Positions 10,289 to 20,084 of a DNA stretch of 64,000 nucleotides are shown in pieces. The stretch's first letter is position 1; each line of letters begins with the position of its first letter. The stretch spans positions 608,001 through 672,000 of the forward strand of contig OZ242318.1 in NCBI GenBank assembly GCA_965208105.1, read 5' to 3'. The notes under the pieces are model-generated. The model did no database searches. It saw nothing but the letters and a program-made list of their open reading frames with translations, and was not told the DNA's origin. The stretch is from Candidatus Latescibacterota bacterium. GTDB taxonomy: Bacteria; Latescibacterota; UBA2968; UBA8231. The translations under genes were made by a program, and so were the position numbers.

Positions 10289-11698
10289 TCACAGGTTGAG
10301 GGCCTCGCCAAAGGCTTCGCCCGCCGCTTCCATGACCGCCTCGGCCAGGGTCGGGTGGGCGTGAACCGTGTGCAGGACTTCCTCGTAGGTTGCCTCCATG
10401 CTGCGCGCAAGGCCGATCTCGGCGATCAGCTCGGTGGCCTCCGCCCCGATGATGGAAGCGCCAAGGAGTTCTCCGTAGGACGCCCCGAAAACCAGTTTCA
10501 CCAGGCCCTCGGTCTCTCCGGTTGCCCGCGCCTTGCCGCTGGCCGAAAAAGGGAAGCGGCCGACCTTGACTTCGTGTCCGGCCTCCCTCGCCTCGCGCTC
10601 CGTGAAGCCGACGCTGGCGACCTGCGGCTGGCAGTAGGTACAGCTGGGGATGTTGCTGCGGTCGATCTCGGGGCGCTCGCGGTCTGCGATAAACTCCACT
10701 GCCGCCACCCCCTCCGCCGAGGCCATGTGCGCCAACTGAGGCGCCCCGACCACGTCGCCAATGGCGCTGATTCCCTTCACGCTGGTCTGCAGCCGCCCGT
10801 CCACCTCGATGGCGCCGCCGCCCGTGCGCACTCCAAGAGCCGCCAGGCCAAGCCCCTCGAGATTGCCCTCCACACCCACCGCCATCAGCACCTTGTCGAC
10901 CTGCTCGCAGCCTTCGCCCTTCTCCCCCTTGTAGCGCACTTCGACCTGGTCCTCACCGGGCTCGATGGCTTCGACCCTGACGCCGGTTTCGATTTCGATG
11001 CCCTGCTTCTGCAGACTTCGATCCAGAAGTTCGGCCACCTCCTCGTCCTCCCGCGGCAGTACCTGGGGCAGGGCCTCCAGCACCTTCACCCTGGTGCCGA
11101 AGGCGTTGTAGAAATAGGCGAACTCTATCCCGATGGCCCCGGCTCCGACGATGATCATGGAATCCGGACGCTCATCGGTGATCATGGCCTCCTGGCTGCT
11201 CAGGACCAGACTGCCGTCGATCTCGACTCCGGGAATGCTGCGCGGCCGTCCGCCGGTGGCAATGATGATGTGACGGGCGTCTAGAAGCGCCGAGGCCTGA
11301 TCCTCCCCGTCCCTCACTTCCACCTTTTTGGCCGGCGTGATGAGCCCCCTGCCGGTGAACACCTGGACCCCGTTCTTGCTCATCAGGTAGGCAACACCCG
11401 AGGCCAGTTGACCCGCCACCCTGCGGCTGCGCCCGATGATCTTCTTCCAATCGAAGCCTACCTCACCGACCTCGAAACCGAATTCGCCGGCGCGCTGGAA
11501 GAGCCTGTAGATCTCCGCCTGCTTGAGCAGTGCCTTGGTAGGAATACAGCCCCAGTTGAGGCAAACCCCGCCGAGGGAATCCTCCTTTTCCACCACCGCG
11601 GCCTTCAGGCCCAGCTGGCCGGCGCGGATCGCGGCGGTGTAGCCCCCTGGTCCCGCCCCGATGACGACGATATCGAACTCTTTGCTCTCTGTTGCCAT
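10289..11698 (-). CDS. lpdA: Dihydrolipoyl dehydrogenase
   Basis: GAGPGG, GGVCLNWGCIPTK, GAGAIGIE, HAHPTLAE. Confidence 0.97.
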   Translation of the reverse strand: MATESKEFDIVVIGAGPGGYTAAIRAGQLGLKAAVVEKEDSLGGVCLNWGCIPTKALLKQAEIYRLFQRAGEFGFEVGEVGFDWKKIIGRSRRVAGQLASGVAYLMSKNGVQVFTGRGLITPAKKVEVRDGEDQASALLDARHIIIATGGRPRSIPGVEIDGSLVLSSQEAMITDERPDSMIIVGAGAIGIEFAYFYNAFGTRVKVLEALPQVLPREDEEVAELLDRSLQKQGIEIETGVRVEAIEPGEDQVEVRYKGEKGEGCEQVDKVLMAVGVEGNLEGLGLAALGVRTGGGAIEVDGRLQTSVKGISAIGDVVGAPQLAHMASAEGVAAVEFIADRERPEIDRSNIPSCTYCQPQVASVGFTEREAREAGHEVKVGRFPFSASGKARATGETEGLVKLVFGASYGELLGASIIGAEATELIAEIGLARSMEATYEEVLHTVHAHPTLAEAVMEAAGEAFGEALNL

Positions 11699-11779
11699 GA
11701 ACTCCCCGCAGCATTGAAATTTGACAGAAGGTTAATAATTACAGAAAATTAATAAAACAAGAAACCGCCGGACAAGCAA

Positions 11780-12241
11780 TTGACTCCAGGTTCGATTACC
11801 ATCTACAGCGACGGCGCCTGCTCCGGAAACCCGGGTCCGGGAGGATGGTCCGCCCGCATTAAGTTTGCCCCTGATCGCGTCCGCGAGCTGGGGGGATTCG
11901 CCGCCGATACAACCAACAACCGGATGGAGTTGTTCGCCGCCATCGCAGCCCTCCGCAGCGTCGGCGCCGCCGTCCCCGTTACCATGGTCACCGACAGCGA
12001 GTACCTGCGCAAGGGCATCACCCAGTGGATCCACAACTGGAAGCGCAGGAACTGGAAGACGGCCGCCAGGAAACCCGTGCTCAACCAGGACCTCTGGCAG
12101 AAACTGGACCGTCTCAACTCTCCACGGATAAGCTGGCACTATGTCCGCGGCCATGGTGGCGATCCGGACAATGAGCGCTGCGACGAGATTGCGCGGGCTT
12201 TCTCCAGGGGCGACCTCCCCGAGCTCGTGGACACTGCCTGA
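11780..12241 (+). CDS. rnhA: Ribonuclease HI
   Basis: YSDGACSGNPGPGGW, TTNNRMEL, TDSEY, VRGH..NERCD. Confidence 0.97.
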   Translation: MTPGSITIYSDGACSGNPGPGGWSARIKFAPDRVRELGGFAADTTNNRMELFAAIAALRSVGAAVPVTMVTDSEYLRKGITQWIHNWKRRNWKTAARKPVLNQDLWQKLDRLNSPRISWHYVRGHGGDPDNERCDEIARAFSRGDLPELVDTA

Positions 12242-12288
12242 ATCGTCCACACCGCCAATATCCGCTCTATCACCAGGAAAGGTCCACC

Positions 12289-13293
12289 ATGCTCCATATC
12301 GGCTTCATAGGCTGTGGCGGCATCGCCCGCCTCCACGCATCCCGCCTGGCCAGGATGCGCAACGTCCGCATCGTCGCGGCCTCGGACCTGGTTGAACAAA
12401 CCGCCCGGGAATTCGCCTCGGACTGCGGCGCTTCTCAAGCCTTCACCGACCATGAAAGGATGCTCGAGCTCGACCGCCTCGACGCCGTCTGGGTCTGCAC
12501 CCCCACCTTTCAGCACACCGCCCCCGTGGTGGCTGCTGCGCGGGCGGGAAAGCACGTCTTCTGCGAAAAACCCATGGCCCTCAAACTGCGCGACGCGCAG
12601 CGCATGGCCTCCTCCTGCGAACGCCACGGGGTTCGCCTTGCCATCGGCTTCGTGCGCCGCTTCGACTCCGAGTGGGGCAAGCTCAAGCAGGTAATCAGCT
12701 CAGGTATCCTGGGAAGGCCGCTGATCTGGCGCTACCTGGCCGACGGCCGTCCGCAGAACCCCTGGTTCAGGGACGCCGGCAAGGGCGGGGGACCCCTGAT
12801 GGACGGGGCGGTTCACAACTACGACTTCGCCATGCAGATTTTCGGACCCGTAGCATCCGTCCAGGCCTCGTCCCTGCAATTCGACCCCACCAGCGTCGGC
12901 GCCGACACGGCCAGCGTCATTCTCAACTTTGCCTCGGGGGATCAGCACACCCTGGTCTGGACCTGGGGCATGGAACCTGGGTCCTCCTGCGCCGGCATCA
13001 ACGACGCCATCGGCCCCAGGGGCTCGCTGCAGTTCGGCATGGCCGCTTCCAAGGCGCCTTCGAGCTACGACCCCGGCAAGCACGGGGCGCTCACTCTCAA
13101 AAGCGCAAAAGGCAGGGAGAGAGTCTATCCCTACCGCCTTCAGGACATGTTCGCCACCCAGGCGCGGCACGTGGTGAGGTGCTTCGAAAAAGACGAGCAG
13201 CCCCTGGTCGGAGCGGCGGACGGCATAGCCGCCCTCAGGGTGGCGGCCGCCGTGCTCAAATCGGGGCAGACCCGCCGCACCGTCAGGATATAG
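12289..13293 (+). CDS. Gfo/Idh/MocA family oxidoreductase
   Basis: IGCGGIA, HVFCEKP, GGGPLMDGAVH. Confidence 0.92.
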   Translation: MLHIGFIGCGGIARLHASRLARMRNVRIVAASDLVEQTAREFASDCGASQAFTDHERMLELDRLDAVWVCTPTFQHTAPVVAAARAGKHVFCEKPMALKLRDAQRMASSCERHGVRLAIGFVRRFDSEWGKLKQVISSGILGRPLIWRYLADGRPQNPWFRDAGKGGGPLMDGAVHNYDFAMQIFGPVASVQASSLQFDPTSVGADTASVILNFASGDQHTLVWTWGMEPGSSCAGINDAIGPRGSLQFGMAASKAPSSYDPGKHGALTLKSAKGRERVYPYRLQDMFATQARHVVRCFEKDEQPLVGAADGIAALRVAAAVLKSGQTRRTVRI

Positions 13294-13472
13294 TCGGGAC
13301 CCTCGGCTCACGGAAGGTCCCTCCCGGTTCTCCTTTTGCGGTGAGCGCTCTTCCGAGGGGACCGAGATCTCTTTTCGACCTCTGAGCGAAGCTTATTCCC
13401 CGGGAGGAAGGAAGGGGCGCCGTGCCGATTCCGCGCGGCGAAACGATCCCGGAGTATTCCAGGGTCGGCACG

Positions 13473-14165
13473 CTATTGGCTCCAGGTCTTCCCCCCGTCG
13501 GTGGAAATGCGCGTATGCGCCTTCCACTCCTCCACCGCACCGTCGCCATAGCGATGGATGTCCCCCACCCGGGTCTCGGCGATTTCGGCGCCCACCTGGC
13601 CGCCGCCGTCCGGCCGGTTGGTCTCTATACGCACGCTGTCGAAGGCGACCTTGCCCTCCAGAATGGCCACCACTTCCCTTTGCGCCGCCATCTGGCGGCG
13701 CTCCAGGGCGGCGCGCTCGATTTTGGGGACGCGGAAGCGCAGCACCAGGCGCTGCAGGTCCGGGTCCAGGTTGATTCCGTAGTAGACCCCTAACTTCTCG
13801 TTGACGCGGCGTTTGATCTGGGGCATGTTGTCCTGCAGCGGCAGGCGCGGCGCCGCCCTTTCCTCCCGCGGCTCCTCCTCGGCGGCGAATCCCTGGAGGG
13901 AGGGGCCCCATATCCAGCCTTCGATGCGGAAGCGCACCCACTCCCCCTTCCCGCTGATGCGCTCGATTTCAACATCCTTGAGCAAGGTGCCCAATTTCCG
14001 GCCGTTGGGAGCGTCGCGAAAATTCTCCACGCTGGTTTCAACCGCGTAAATTCCCTCTTCCTCCGGTTCGAGCTTGGCAGCCAATGCCGCCAGGCCGGAA
14101 GCCAGCACCAGGACCGAAGCAGGCCCCCAAACGCGGACGGCGAACCTTCTGCAGAATCGAGACAT
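13473..14165 (-). CDS. Exported hypothetical protein with SH3-like N-terminal region
   Basis: Hydrophobic N-terminus; ENFRDAPNG..LG.L..GEWVRFRIEGWIW; GGAGG upstream. Confidence 0.6.
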   Translation of the reverse strand: MSRFCRRFAVRVWGPASVLVLASGLAALAAKLEPEEEGIYAVETSVENFRDAPNGRKLGTLLKDVEIERISGKGEWVRFRIEGWIWGPSLQGFAAEEEPREERAAPRLPLQDNMPQIKRRVNEKLGVYYGINLDPDLQRLVLRFRVPKIERAALERRQMAAQREVVAILEGKVAFDSVRIETNRPDGGGQVGAEIAETRVGDIHRYGDGAVEEWKAHTRISTDGGKTWSQ

Positions 14166-14289
14166 GGTAGTATCCGTGTCCTCCTCTCGTTACCCTGAAT
14201 CTACAGGCGCCGGCACTCGCCCACCCGCGCCCTCGCCAACCGGAAACCTCCAGGGTTTCAACCTGGGACCAAACCGGGCAACATGACCG

Positions 14290-14814
14290 TCAGGATTCCT
14301 CCCTGTCAGCCAGAAGCTCGGCGAGTTGGTGAACCTCCTCACCCACCGTCACGGTTCCCCCATAGGTGGGCGGATCGGTCGTCGAGTCGATGGTTATGTC
14401 CACAATTATATCCAATGGACCCTCTTCGCCTTCAATGCCGTTTGCCACCAATTCCCCCTTCAGGGTCAGGGGGCTGGCTTGGATGTCCAGGGTCAACTGG
14501 CCGTCGAGGAAGAGCACGCCATCGGACGAGAAACCCTCGATCGTCAGGGTGGTGCCCTGCACCGTAATGGTTCCCGCCTCGCCCTCGATGGTGCCGCCTC
14601 CCACCAGGACCTTCCCCAGTGCCTCTATCAAAATGGGCTCGAGGGAGGCGAACAGTCCCTGGGCTCTCAGCACCGCGGGATCCACCTCCGGGGTCCCGTT
14701 CTCCGGTTCGGTCGGACCTTCCTCCTTGTCATCGCCGCAGGCCACGCAGAGAAGAGCCAGAACGCCGATCAGCATCCAGGTCCGGGGGTAGTGGTTCAGA
14801 AGCTGCAGTCTCAT
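14290..14814 (-). CDS. Hypothetical acidic lipoprotein
   Basis: Lipobox CVAC-GDD; AAAGGTGG upstream of ATG 14814. Confidence 0.65.
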   Translation of the reverse strand: MRLQLLNHYPRTWMLIGVLALLCVACGDDKEEGPTEPENGTPEVDPAVLRAQGLFASLEPILIEALGKVLVGGGTIEGEAGTITVQGTTLTIEGFSSDGVLFLDGQLTLDIQASPLTLKGELVANGIEGEEGPLDIIVDITIDSTTDPPTYGGTVTVGEEVHQLAELLADREES

Positions 14815-14971
14815 GGGATCCACCTTTCAGTTGGGTATGGGAGCAGCTGCCGCTCTCGGTTAGCTTCCCGAAGTTAGAAATTATTAAGGACCATCGCGTG
14901 CTCGGTCAAGCCGGTTCCGATCCGGCCTTCCCCTTCCCCCGACCGCACCCAACCTCAGAGCGGGAATGGGA

Positions 14972-15000
14972 TTGACCGGGGTCAGGTCAGGGAATACGTT
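14972..15000 (+). promoter_or_regulatory. Putative sigma70 promoter of the TonB-dependent receptor
   Basis: TTGACC-N17-TACGTT. Confidence 0.45.
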
Positions 15001-15047
15001 GAACCCGGCCCACTTCCTCGTTCCCGTTTCTTTCGCGGAGATGATTC

Positions 15048-17711
15048 ATGAGGGGATTCCTCCTGCTTTCTGCCCTGGCCTTTCTCGTCCCTCCCTCCCT
15101 GTCCGCCGCAGGCCTGCAGGGCATGGTGCGCGATGCCCGGACCAGAGAGGCGCTGCCGGGCGCAAACGCCTACCTGGAAGGTACGGGGCGCGGCACAACC
15201 ACGGATTCCGATGGACGATTCGAACTCGCCGGTATCGCCGCGGGCAGCCAGGTCATCATCGTGACCTTCATAGGATACGAGGAGTACCGTGGTCCCGTTG
15301 ACCTGGGAGAAGGTGTGGTCGAGCTCATCGTGGAACTCCAGCCGGAGGTGTTCCGCGGCAAGGAGGTCATCGTCGTCGCCAACCGCGCCAGGCTGCGCGA
15401 AACGCCGGTGGCCTTCTCCGACGTCCCCAAAGCTGAACTGCAACGCAAGCTCGGCTCGCGGGACCTGCCGCTTATACTGAATGATTCGCCGGGTGTCTAC
15501 GCCACCGAGCAGGGTGGCGGCGCCGGCGACTCCCGCCTCAATGTGCGAGGATTCGACCAGCGCAACGTCGCCGTCATGATCAACGGCGTGCCGGTCAACG
15601 ATATGGAAAACGGCTGGGTCTACTGGTCCAACTTCGACGGTCTGAGCGATGCCGCCTCCTCGATTCAGCTGCAGCGCGGACTGGGCGCCTCGAATCTGGC
15701 CATCGCCTCGGTTGGCGGCACCGTGAACATCGTCACCGATCCCGCCCTCCAGGAGCGCGGATTCACAATCAAGCAGGAGGCCGGGAGCGGCGCCTTTTTC
15801 AAGACCAGGTTCGACTTTTCATCCGGTTTGCTGGACGACAAAGCGGCATTCACCCTGGGCGTCACGCGCAAAATCGGCGACGGGCTTCCGCAGCAGGCAT
15901 GGTCGTCGGGATGGTCCTATTTCGGGGCTTTCAGCTTTCTGGCATCCGGGGATCACAAGGTCGATGTGTTCGTCGCCGGCGCTCCGCAACGCCATGGACA
16001 ACGCCTCTACAAGCAGTCCGTCGCTACCTTCGACCACGACTACGCCCGCTCCCTCGGCATCGAGGTGAGGGACGCGGGCGATTTCGGGCTGAACTACAAC
16101 CCGAACTGGGGGCGCTCGCCGTTTCAATCCTATCGCGAGTACTTCAACGGGAAACTGCACCATGCCCGCGACAACGAGGTAATCATGGAGCGGGAAAATT
16201 ACTACCACAAGCCCCAGGTCAACCTGAACTGGTACTGGACCCCCGGAGTTCGGTTCCTCTTGTCCAACGTGTTTTATTTTTCTCGGGGGAAAGGCGGCGG
16301 CACCGGACGCATGGGTCCCGACCCGGGCAGGCTTGCCGACGGCAGCATCGACTGGAGGCGCGCCGGCGGCGAATTGAACTCCCGGGCGGCGTCGGAAGCC
16401 GACCCCGGTCTGGTGGAAACCGGCCAGGTGGGCGGCAATGAGACTGCTGCCCGGACCATCATCCGGAACTCGGTCAACCAGCATTTCTGGTACGGCTACC
16501 TGGGAACCGCCGAATACCGCCTGAGCACCGCCCTGAAGCTGGCCTGGGGCCTGGACCTGCGCTACTACCAGGGCCAGCACTGGCGCGAAGTGCGCAACCT
16601 GCTCGGTGCCGATTACTTCGTCTGCGAAGGGGACGCCAACGCCGCCACCGTGGTCAAGCGCCCGGGCGACAAGGTCTCCTACCACAACGATGGTCTCACG
16701 CGCTGGGGCGGAGGATTTGCCCAGCTTGAAGGGCAGTTCAGCAAGTTCACCGCGTTTGCGAGCGCCTCGGGATCGTTGACCGGCTACCAGCGCATCGACT
16801 ACTTCCGCCCCAGGATCGACGGCGATTGGGACCGGACCGGCTGGAAAAACTTCACCGGCTTCACCTTGAAAGCGGGCGGCAACTACAACGCCACACCCTT
16901 TGTCAATCTCTACGCCAACCTCGGCTGGCTTTCCTCCGCACCCAAATTCGACTCCGTTTACCACTTCGACAACAGCCTCTACGATCCCACCTTCAACGAG
17001 AAGGTAGCCTCCCTCGAACTGGGTGCCGGTTACATCGATCCAGGCCTGGTCAGCGCCCACGCGAACCTCTATTTCACCAGGTGGATGGACCGCTCCTGGC
17101 CCAAGAGCATCTACAGCCCCGGGCTCGGCCAGCGCCTGCGATTCCTGCTCAACGGCATCGACGCCCGACATGCGGGCGTAGAGCTCGACCTGAGGGCGCG
17201 GCCCCACTCCATGGTGGAAGTCCGCGGCATAGTGTCCCTGGGCGACTGGCGATGGCTCAACGATGTGGAGGTGACATTTTCACCGGAAGAGGACCCGGCG
17301 GCCGCGGGCAACTTTCAGGCCTATGCCAAGGGACTGAAGGTGGGTGATTCGGCGCAAAAGACCCTGGCCTTGAGCGCGGCGGTGTCGCCGGTGGACCGCC
17401 TCTACGCCTCGCTGGGCCTGAGGCGATTCATGGACCACTACGCCAGGTTCGACCCGGCCAACCGCACCGATCCCGACGACCGCCGGCAATCCTGGCGCCT
17501 CCCCGATTACAATCTGACCAGTCTGCACGTGGGGTACAGCCTTCCCGGGGATGCATTGCGCCATATCAAGCTGCGGCTGCACGTCTTCAATCTGCTCGAC
17601 AAGCGCTACGTCTCCGACGCGGATGACGGCGACCGCCACGACGCGGCAGGCGCCGTCGTATTTCTCGGGCTTCCGCGCCGGTGGATTGTCTCGCTGTCCT
17701 ACGAATATTAG
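15048..17711 (+). CDS. TonB-dependent receptor with carboxypeptidase-regulatory-like N-domain
   Basis: Signal peptide, GTTTDSDGRF, plug NVRGFDQRNVAVMINGVPVND, VFNLLDKRY, terminal LSYEY. Confidence 0.93.
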   Translation: MRGFLLLSALAFLVPPSLSAAGLQGMVRDARTREALPGANAYLEGTGRGTTTDSDGRFELAGIAAGSQVIIVTFIGYEEYRGPVDLGEGVVELIVELQPEVFRGKEVIVVANRARLRETPVAFSDVPKAELQRKLGSRDLPLILNDSPGVYATEQGGGAGDSRLNVRGFDQRNVAVMINGVPVNDMENGWVYWSNFDGLSDAASSIQLQRGLGASNLAIASVGGTVNIVTDPALQERGFTIKQEAGSGAFFKTRFDFSSGLLDDKAAFTLGVTRKIGDGLPQQAWSSGWSYFGAFSFLASGDHKVDVFVAGAPQRHGQRLYKQSVATFDHDYARSLGIEVRDAGDFGLNYNPNWGRSPFQSYREYFNGKLHHARDNEVIMERENYYHKPQVNLNWYWTPGVRFLLSNVFYFSRGKGGGTGRMGPDPGRLADGSIDWRRAGGELNSRAASEADPGLVETGQVGGNETAARTIIRNSVNQHFWYGYLGTAEYRLSTALKLAWGLDLRYYQGQHWREVRNLLGADYFVCEGDANAATVVKRPGDKVSYHNDGLTRWGGGFAQLEGQFSKFTAFASASGSLTGYQRIDYFRPRIDGDWDRTGWKNFTGFTLKAGGNYNATPFVNLYANLGWLSSAPKFDSVYHFDNSLYDPTFNEKVASLELGAGYIDPGLVSAHANLYFTRWMDRSWPKSIYSPGLGQRLRFLLNGIDARHAGVELDLRARPHSMVEVRGIVSLGDWRWLNDVEVTFSPEEDPAAAGNFQAYAKGLKVGDSAQKTLALSAAVSPVDRLYASLGLRRFMDHYARFDPANRTDPDDRRQSWRLPDYNLTSLHVGYSLPGDALRHIKLRLHVFNLLDKRYVSDADDGDRHDAAGAVVFLGLPRRWIVSLSYEY

Positions 17712-17761
17712 TGTCCCGTCGCAGAAACAGGCTGCGGCGCCAGGACCGTTCCGGGACACTA
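17709..17761. mobile_element. Internally deleted MITE copy E (53 bp, type 1 ends)
   Basis: TAGTGTCCCGTCGCAGAAA...CGGGACACTA; the two ends form the stop codons of the two convergent genes. Confidence 0.75.
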
Positions 17762-18328
17762 TTGCAGGCGGCGGAAGGTCATGGTGTTCGTCATCATCTC
17801 CTCACCTCCCTGGTACATGGACCAGGTCTGGGACATCTCGTCGCCGCCGTCGTAGGCAATGGACACGGAGTGCATGTGCGGTTCTTCCGCTGAATCCAGC
17901 GAGCCCTCTACCATCTCCAGGGTGAGGACTCTTTCCGTGGAGCTGGTCAGGATCATCCGGGGCTGGTTTCCCAGGGCGCAATAGTGCGTCATGGACAGCT
18001 TGCCCCCGCGGTCGTGGTAGACCGAGATCATCTCCTTCGGCGTGTCGGGGAAGTTGCGCTCCACCACGACGCTGCCGTTGGCCGTTACCCGGTACTCCGC
18101 CGCGACCCGGGCCATCGCGCCCTCTCCCCCTGCGGCTCCCTGCGGCATGCCGGCGGTGGCTATCCAGCGGCCGGCCAAGGCCTTGAGGCGCTCGAACTCC
18201 GGCGAGCCCACGTAGGGTGGCGGCGAATGGGCCTCCTCACCAGGCGGGACGGTCTCTTTATCGTTCTGGCCGGACACCGAGAGCGCGGAGAAGGCGGCGG
18301 CGAAGAGGACAAGTGTCGTTCTCATCAT
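17759..18328 (-). CDS. Exported hypothetical protein
   Basis: Signal peptide; FERLKALAGRW, EMISVYH, MTHYCALGNQPRM, PHMH. Confidence 0.75.
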   Translation of the reverse strand: MMRTTLVLFAAAFSALSVSGQNDKETVPPGEEAHSPPPYVGSPEFERLKALAGRWIATAGMPQGAAGGEGAMARVAAEYRVTANGSVVVERNFPDTPKEMISVYHDRGGKLSMTHYCALGNQPRMILTSSTERVLTLEMVEGSLDSAEEPHMHSVSIAYDGGDEMSQTWSMYQGGEEMMTNTMTFRRLQ

Positions 18329-18484
18329 CGGATCATCCTTTTCTTGGGTGAATTTGGGCAGAATAAGCTACGATATCGGCGCCTCTCACCGCCGGGACGG
18401 CCGGCGGCGGTATCATTCGCCTGCCCCGAATCGCAGGCAGGGATCATGGGCAGTCGGCTTTGTTCGGGCAGTTCCGCCCGTCCC

Positions 18485-19231
18485 TCAAGCCCCGGATTCG
18501 ATGATCTCCGGGTGGTCGTGAATCGAGGGGGTGGCCATTAGGCGCTTCTGGCGGTCGGTCAACTCCCCGTACTCTTCCAGATCGTAAAATTCCTTTGCCC
18601 AGGACGAGTAGCCGGGGCTGTACTTGTAGAGCAGAGTGCGGCGCTGGTGTCCGGCGCGCCAGGGCAAGGTCCCGTGGATGAGGGCTTCGGTGAAGAACAA
18701 GGCGTCCCCGGCCCTGGCGGTCGGCTGGACGACGTAGTGCGCCCGGCGCTCGAAGTGCCTGACATCCCCGGGCAGATTGTCGAGATAATTGGTCTTGTGG
18801 CTGCCGGGAACGCAGGCAAACCCCCCGTCACCCTCGCCGGCATCGGTCAGGAAAAAGGTAACCACGCTCAGTCCATTGCGCATACAGCCGTCGCGGTAGC
18901 TGAACCAGTGGTCGGTATCCTGCCTGGGACCGCCGTGGAGAGCTCCCCGGGTTTCGCCCTGGTCCATGATGATGGCGTAGTCGTGGTCGATCCTGACCTT
19001 GGGGCCGATGAGCTCGATCAGGTATGGCAGGATCCTGGGGTGATCGATCAGGCTTCTGGTAGCGCGGCCCCAACCGCTGATCTTGTTCAGGTCGTTGCGG
19101 GGGTTGTTCTCCCAGCCTTCGACATGCCGGTCGACCAGGGCGTTGAGATCGTGCAGCTCTCCTGGGCTCAGGACATCCCTGATTACGAGGTATCCCTCGA
19201 GGTCGAAGACGAACTTTTCTTCATCGGTCAT
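18485..19231 (-). CDS. PhyH-like Fe(II)/2-oxoglutarate enzyme (HxG variant)
   Basis: FDLEGYLV, LHGG, GGFACVPGSHK, AGDALFFTEALIHG, RRTL; AAGGAG RBS. Confidence 0.88.
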   Translation of the reverse strand: MTDEEKFVFDLEGYLVIRDVLSPGELHDLNALVDRHVEGWENNPRNDLNKISGWGRATRSLIDHPRILPYLIELIGPKVRIDHDYAIIMDQGETRGALHGGPRQDTDHWFSYRDGCMRNGLSVVTFFLTDAGEGDGGFACVPGSHKTNYLDNLPGDVRHFERRAHYVVQPTARAGDALFFTEALIHGTLPWRAGHQRRTLLYKYSPGYSSWAKEFYDLEEYGELTDRQKRLMATPSIHDHPEIIESGA

Positions 19232-19399
19232 GACGCACACTCCTTGGGGGTCAGCAATCCCGGGAAATACTTCGCCATCGAATGGGGCCGGAATGGTCCG
19301 TGATGGCCGAGGCAGCGGCCGCACCTGGAGATAGGGAATCCCCGGGACCTGTGGAAGCGGCCGGCAGGAGGTGGAAGATAGCTCCTCCTTGTGAACCTA

Positions 19400-19664
19400 T
19401 CAACAGAGATGCCGTGTTCGGGATGGCACTTTGGTGCCGTCGTCGAAGGTGAACCCGTCGAGCCACTGGTCGCAGTTGGTGGGAATCCCGGTGTTGGTGA
19501 GGGTGGACTCCAGGTTGCCGGCCAGGGAGACTTCCGTTTCAGTCCCGATATAGAATCCTCCAGGGATTCCCGCTCCGGCTCCCGGAAGCGGTTGCGGTAG
19601 CCGCAAGCAGCACAATGAATCCTGCTGAAATTGCCGCGGTGAAATAGAAGATGGCTCTGTTCAT
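19400..19664 (-). pseudogene. Frameshifted, truncated secreted-protein remnant
   Basis: AGGAGGAG RBS + ATG 19664, signal peptide MNRAIFYF...AATATA; protein-like sequence continues in another frame (GFYIGTETEVSLAGNLESTLTNTGIPTNCDQWL) and then stops. Confidence 0.5.
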
Positions 19665-19732
19665 CGACAAGCTCCTCCTGGTTGAGCTGCAGCCCATAAT
19701 TCGGGAAGTCGAGGAGTTCAGGCGCACCAACT

Positions 19733-19795
19733 TTGACTGCCGGGCAGAGAATTCATATTATGAAACGGCCCGTTGCGATGAAACGGCCCGTTGCG
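19733..19795 (+). promoter_or_regulatory. Sigma70 promoter plus tandem palindromic operator
   Basis: TTGACT(19733)-N17-TATTAT(19756); 18-bp unit ATGAAACGGCCCGTTGCG twice at 19760..19795, each containing AACGG-C-CCGTT. Confidence 0.7.
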
Positions 19796-19834
19796 GAAAA
19801 CCGAGACCACTCCCCCAATCCGAAAGAGCCCGGC

Positions 19835-20023
19835 ATGATCCGCTTCAAGTTGGAAGCCATTGAGAAACTGATGGAAGAGCGCAAACCCGAGATCAACCTC
19901 ACCACCTACCAGCACATCAAGAAGACGGTGGACAACGGCGCCGAGGGAATGGCTCCCTACACCTTGTCCAACATGTGCCGCGACCTGAATTGCCTGCCAA
20001 CGGATATCATCGAATACGTCTGA
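19835..20023 (+). CDS. Small Cro/C1-type (HTH_26/YozG-like) protein, 62 aa
   Basis: MIRFKL N-terminus and TLSNMCRDLNCLPTDIIEYV C-terminus typical of HTH_26 proteins. Confidence 0.65.
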   Translation: MIRFKLEAIEKLMEERKPEINLTTYQHIKKTVDNGAEGMAPYTLSNMCRDLNCLPTDIIEYV

Positions 20024-20084
20024 GCCGCCACCTCCCCGGCGCCCAAGAGCATCCCTTCCTGAAATCATCCCATCAGGACGCAGC

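Noticed and set aside
14830-15047. Riboswitch upstream of the TonB-dependent receptor
   Set aside because: No cobalamin or TPP consensus recognised, and the putative promoter leaves only a short leader
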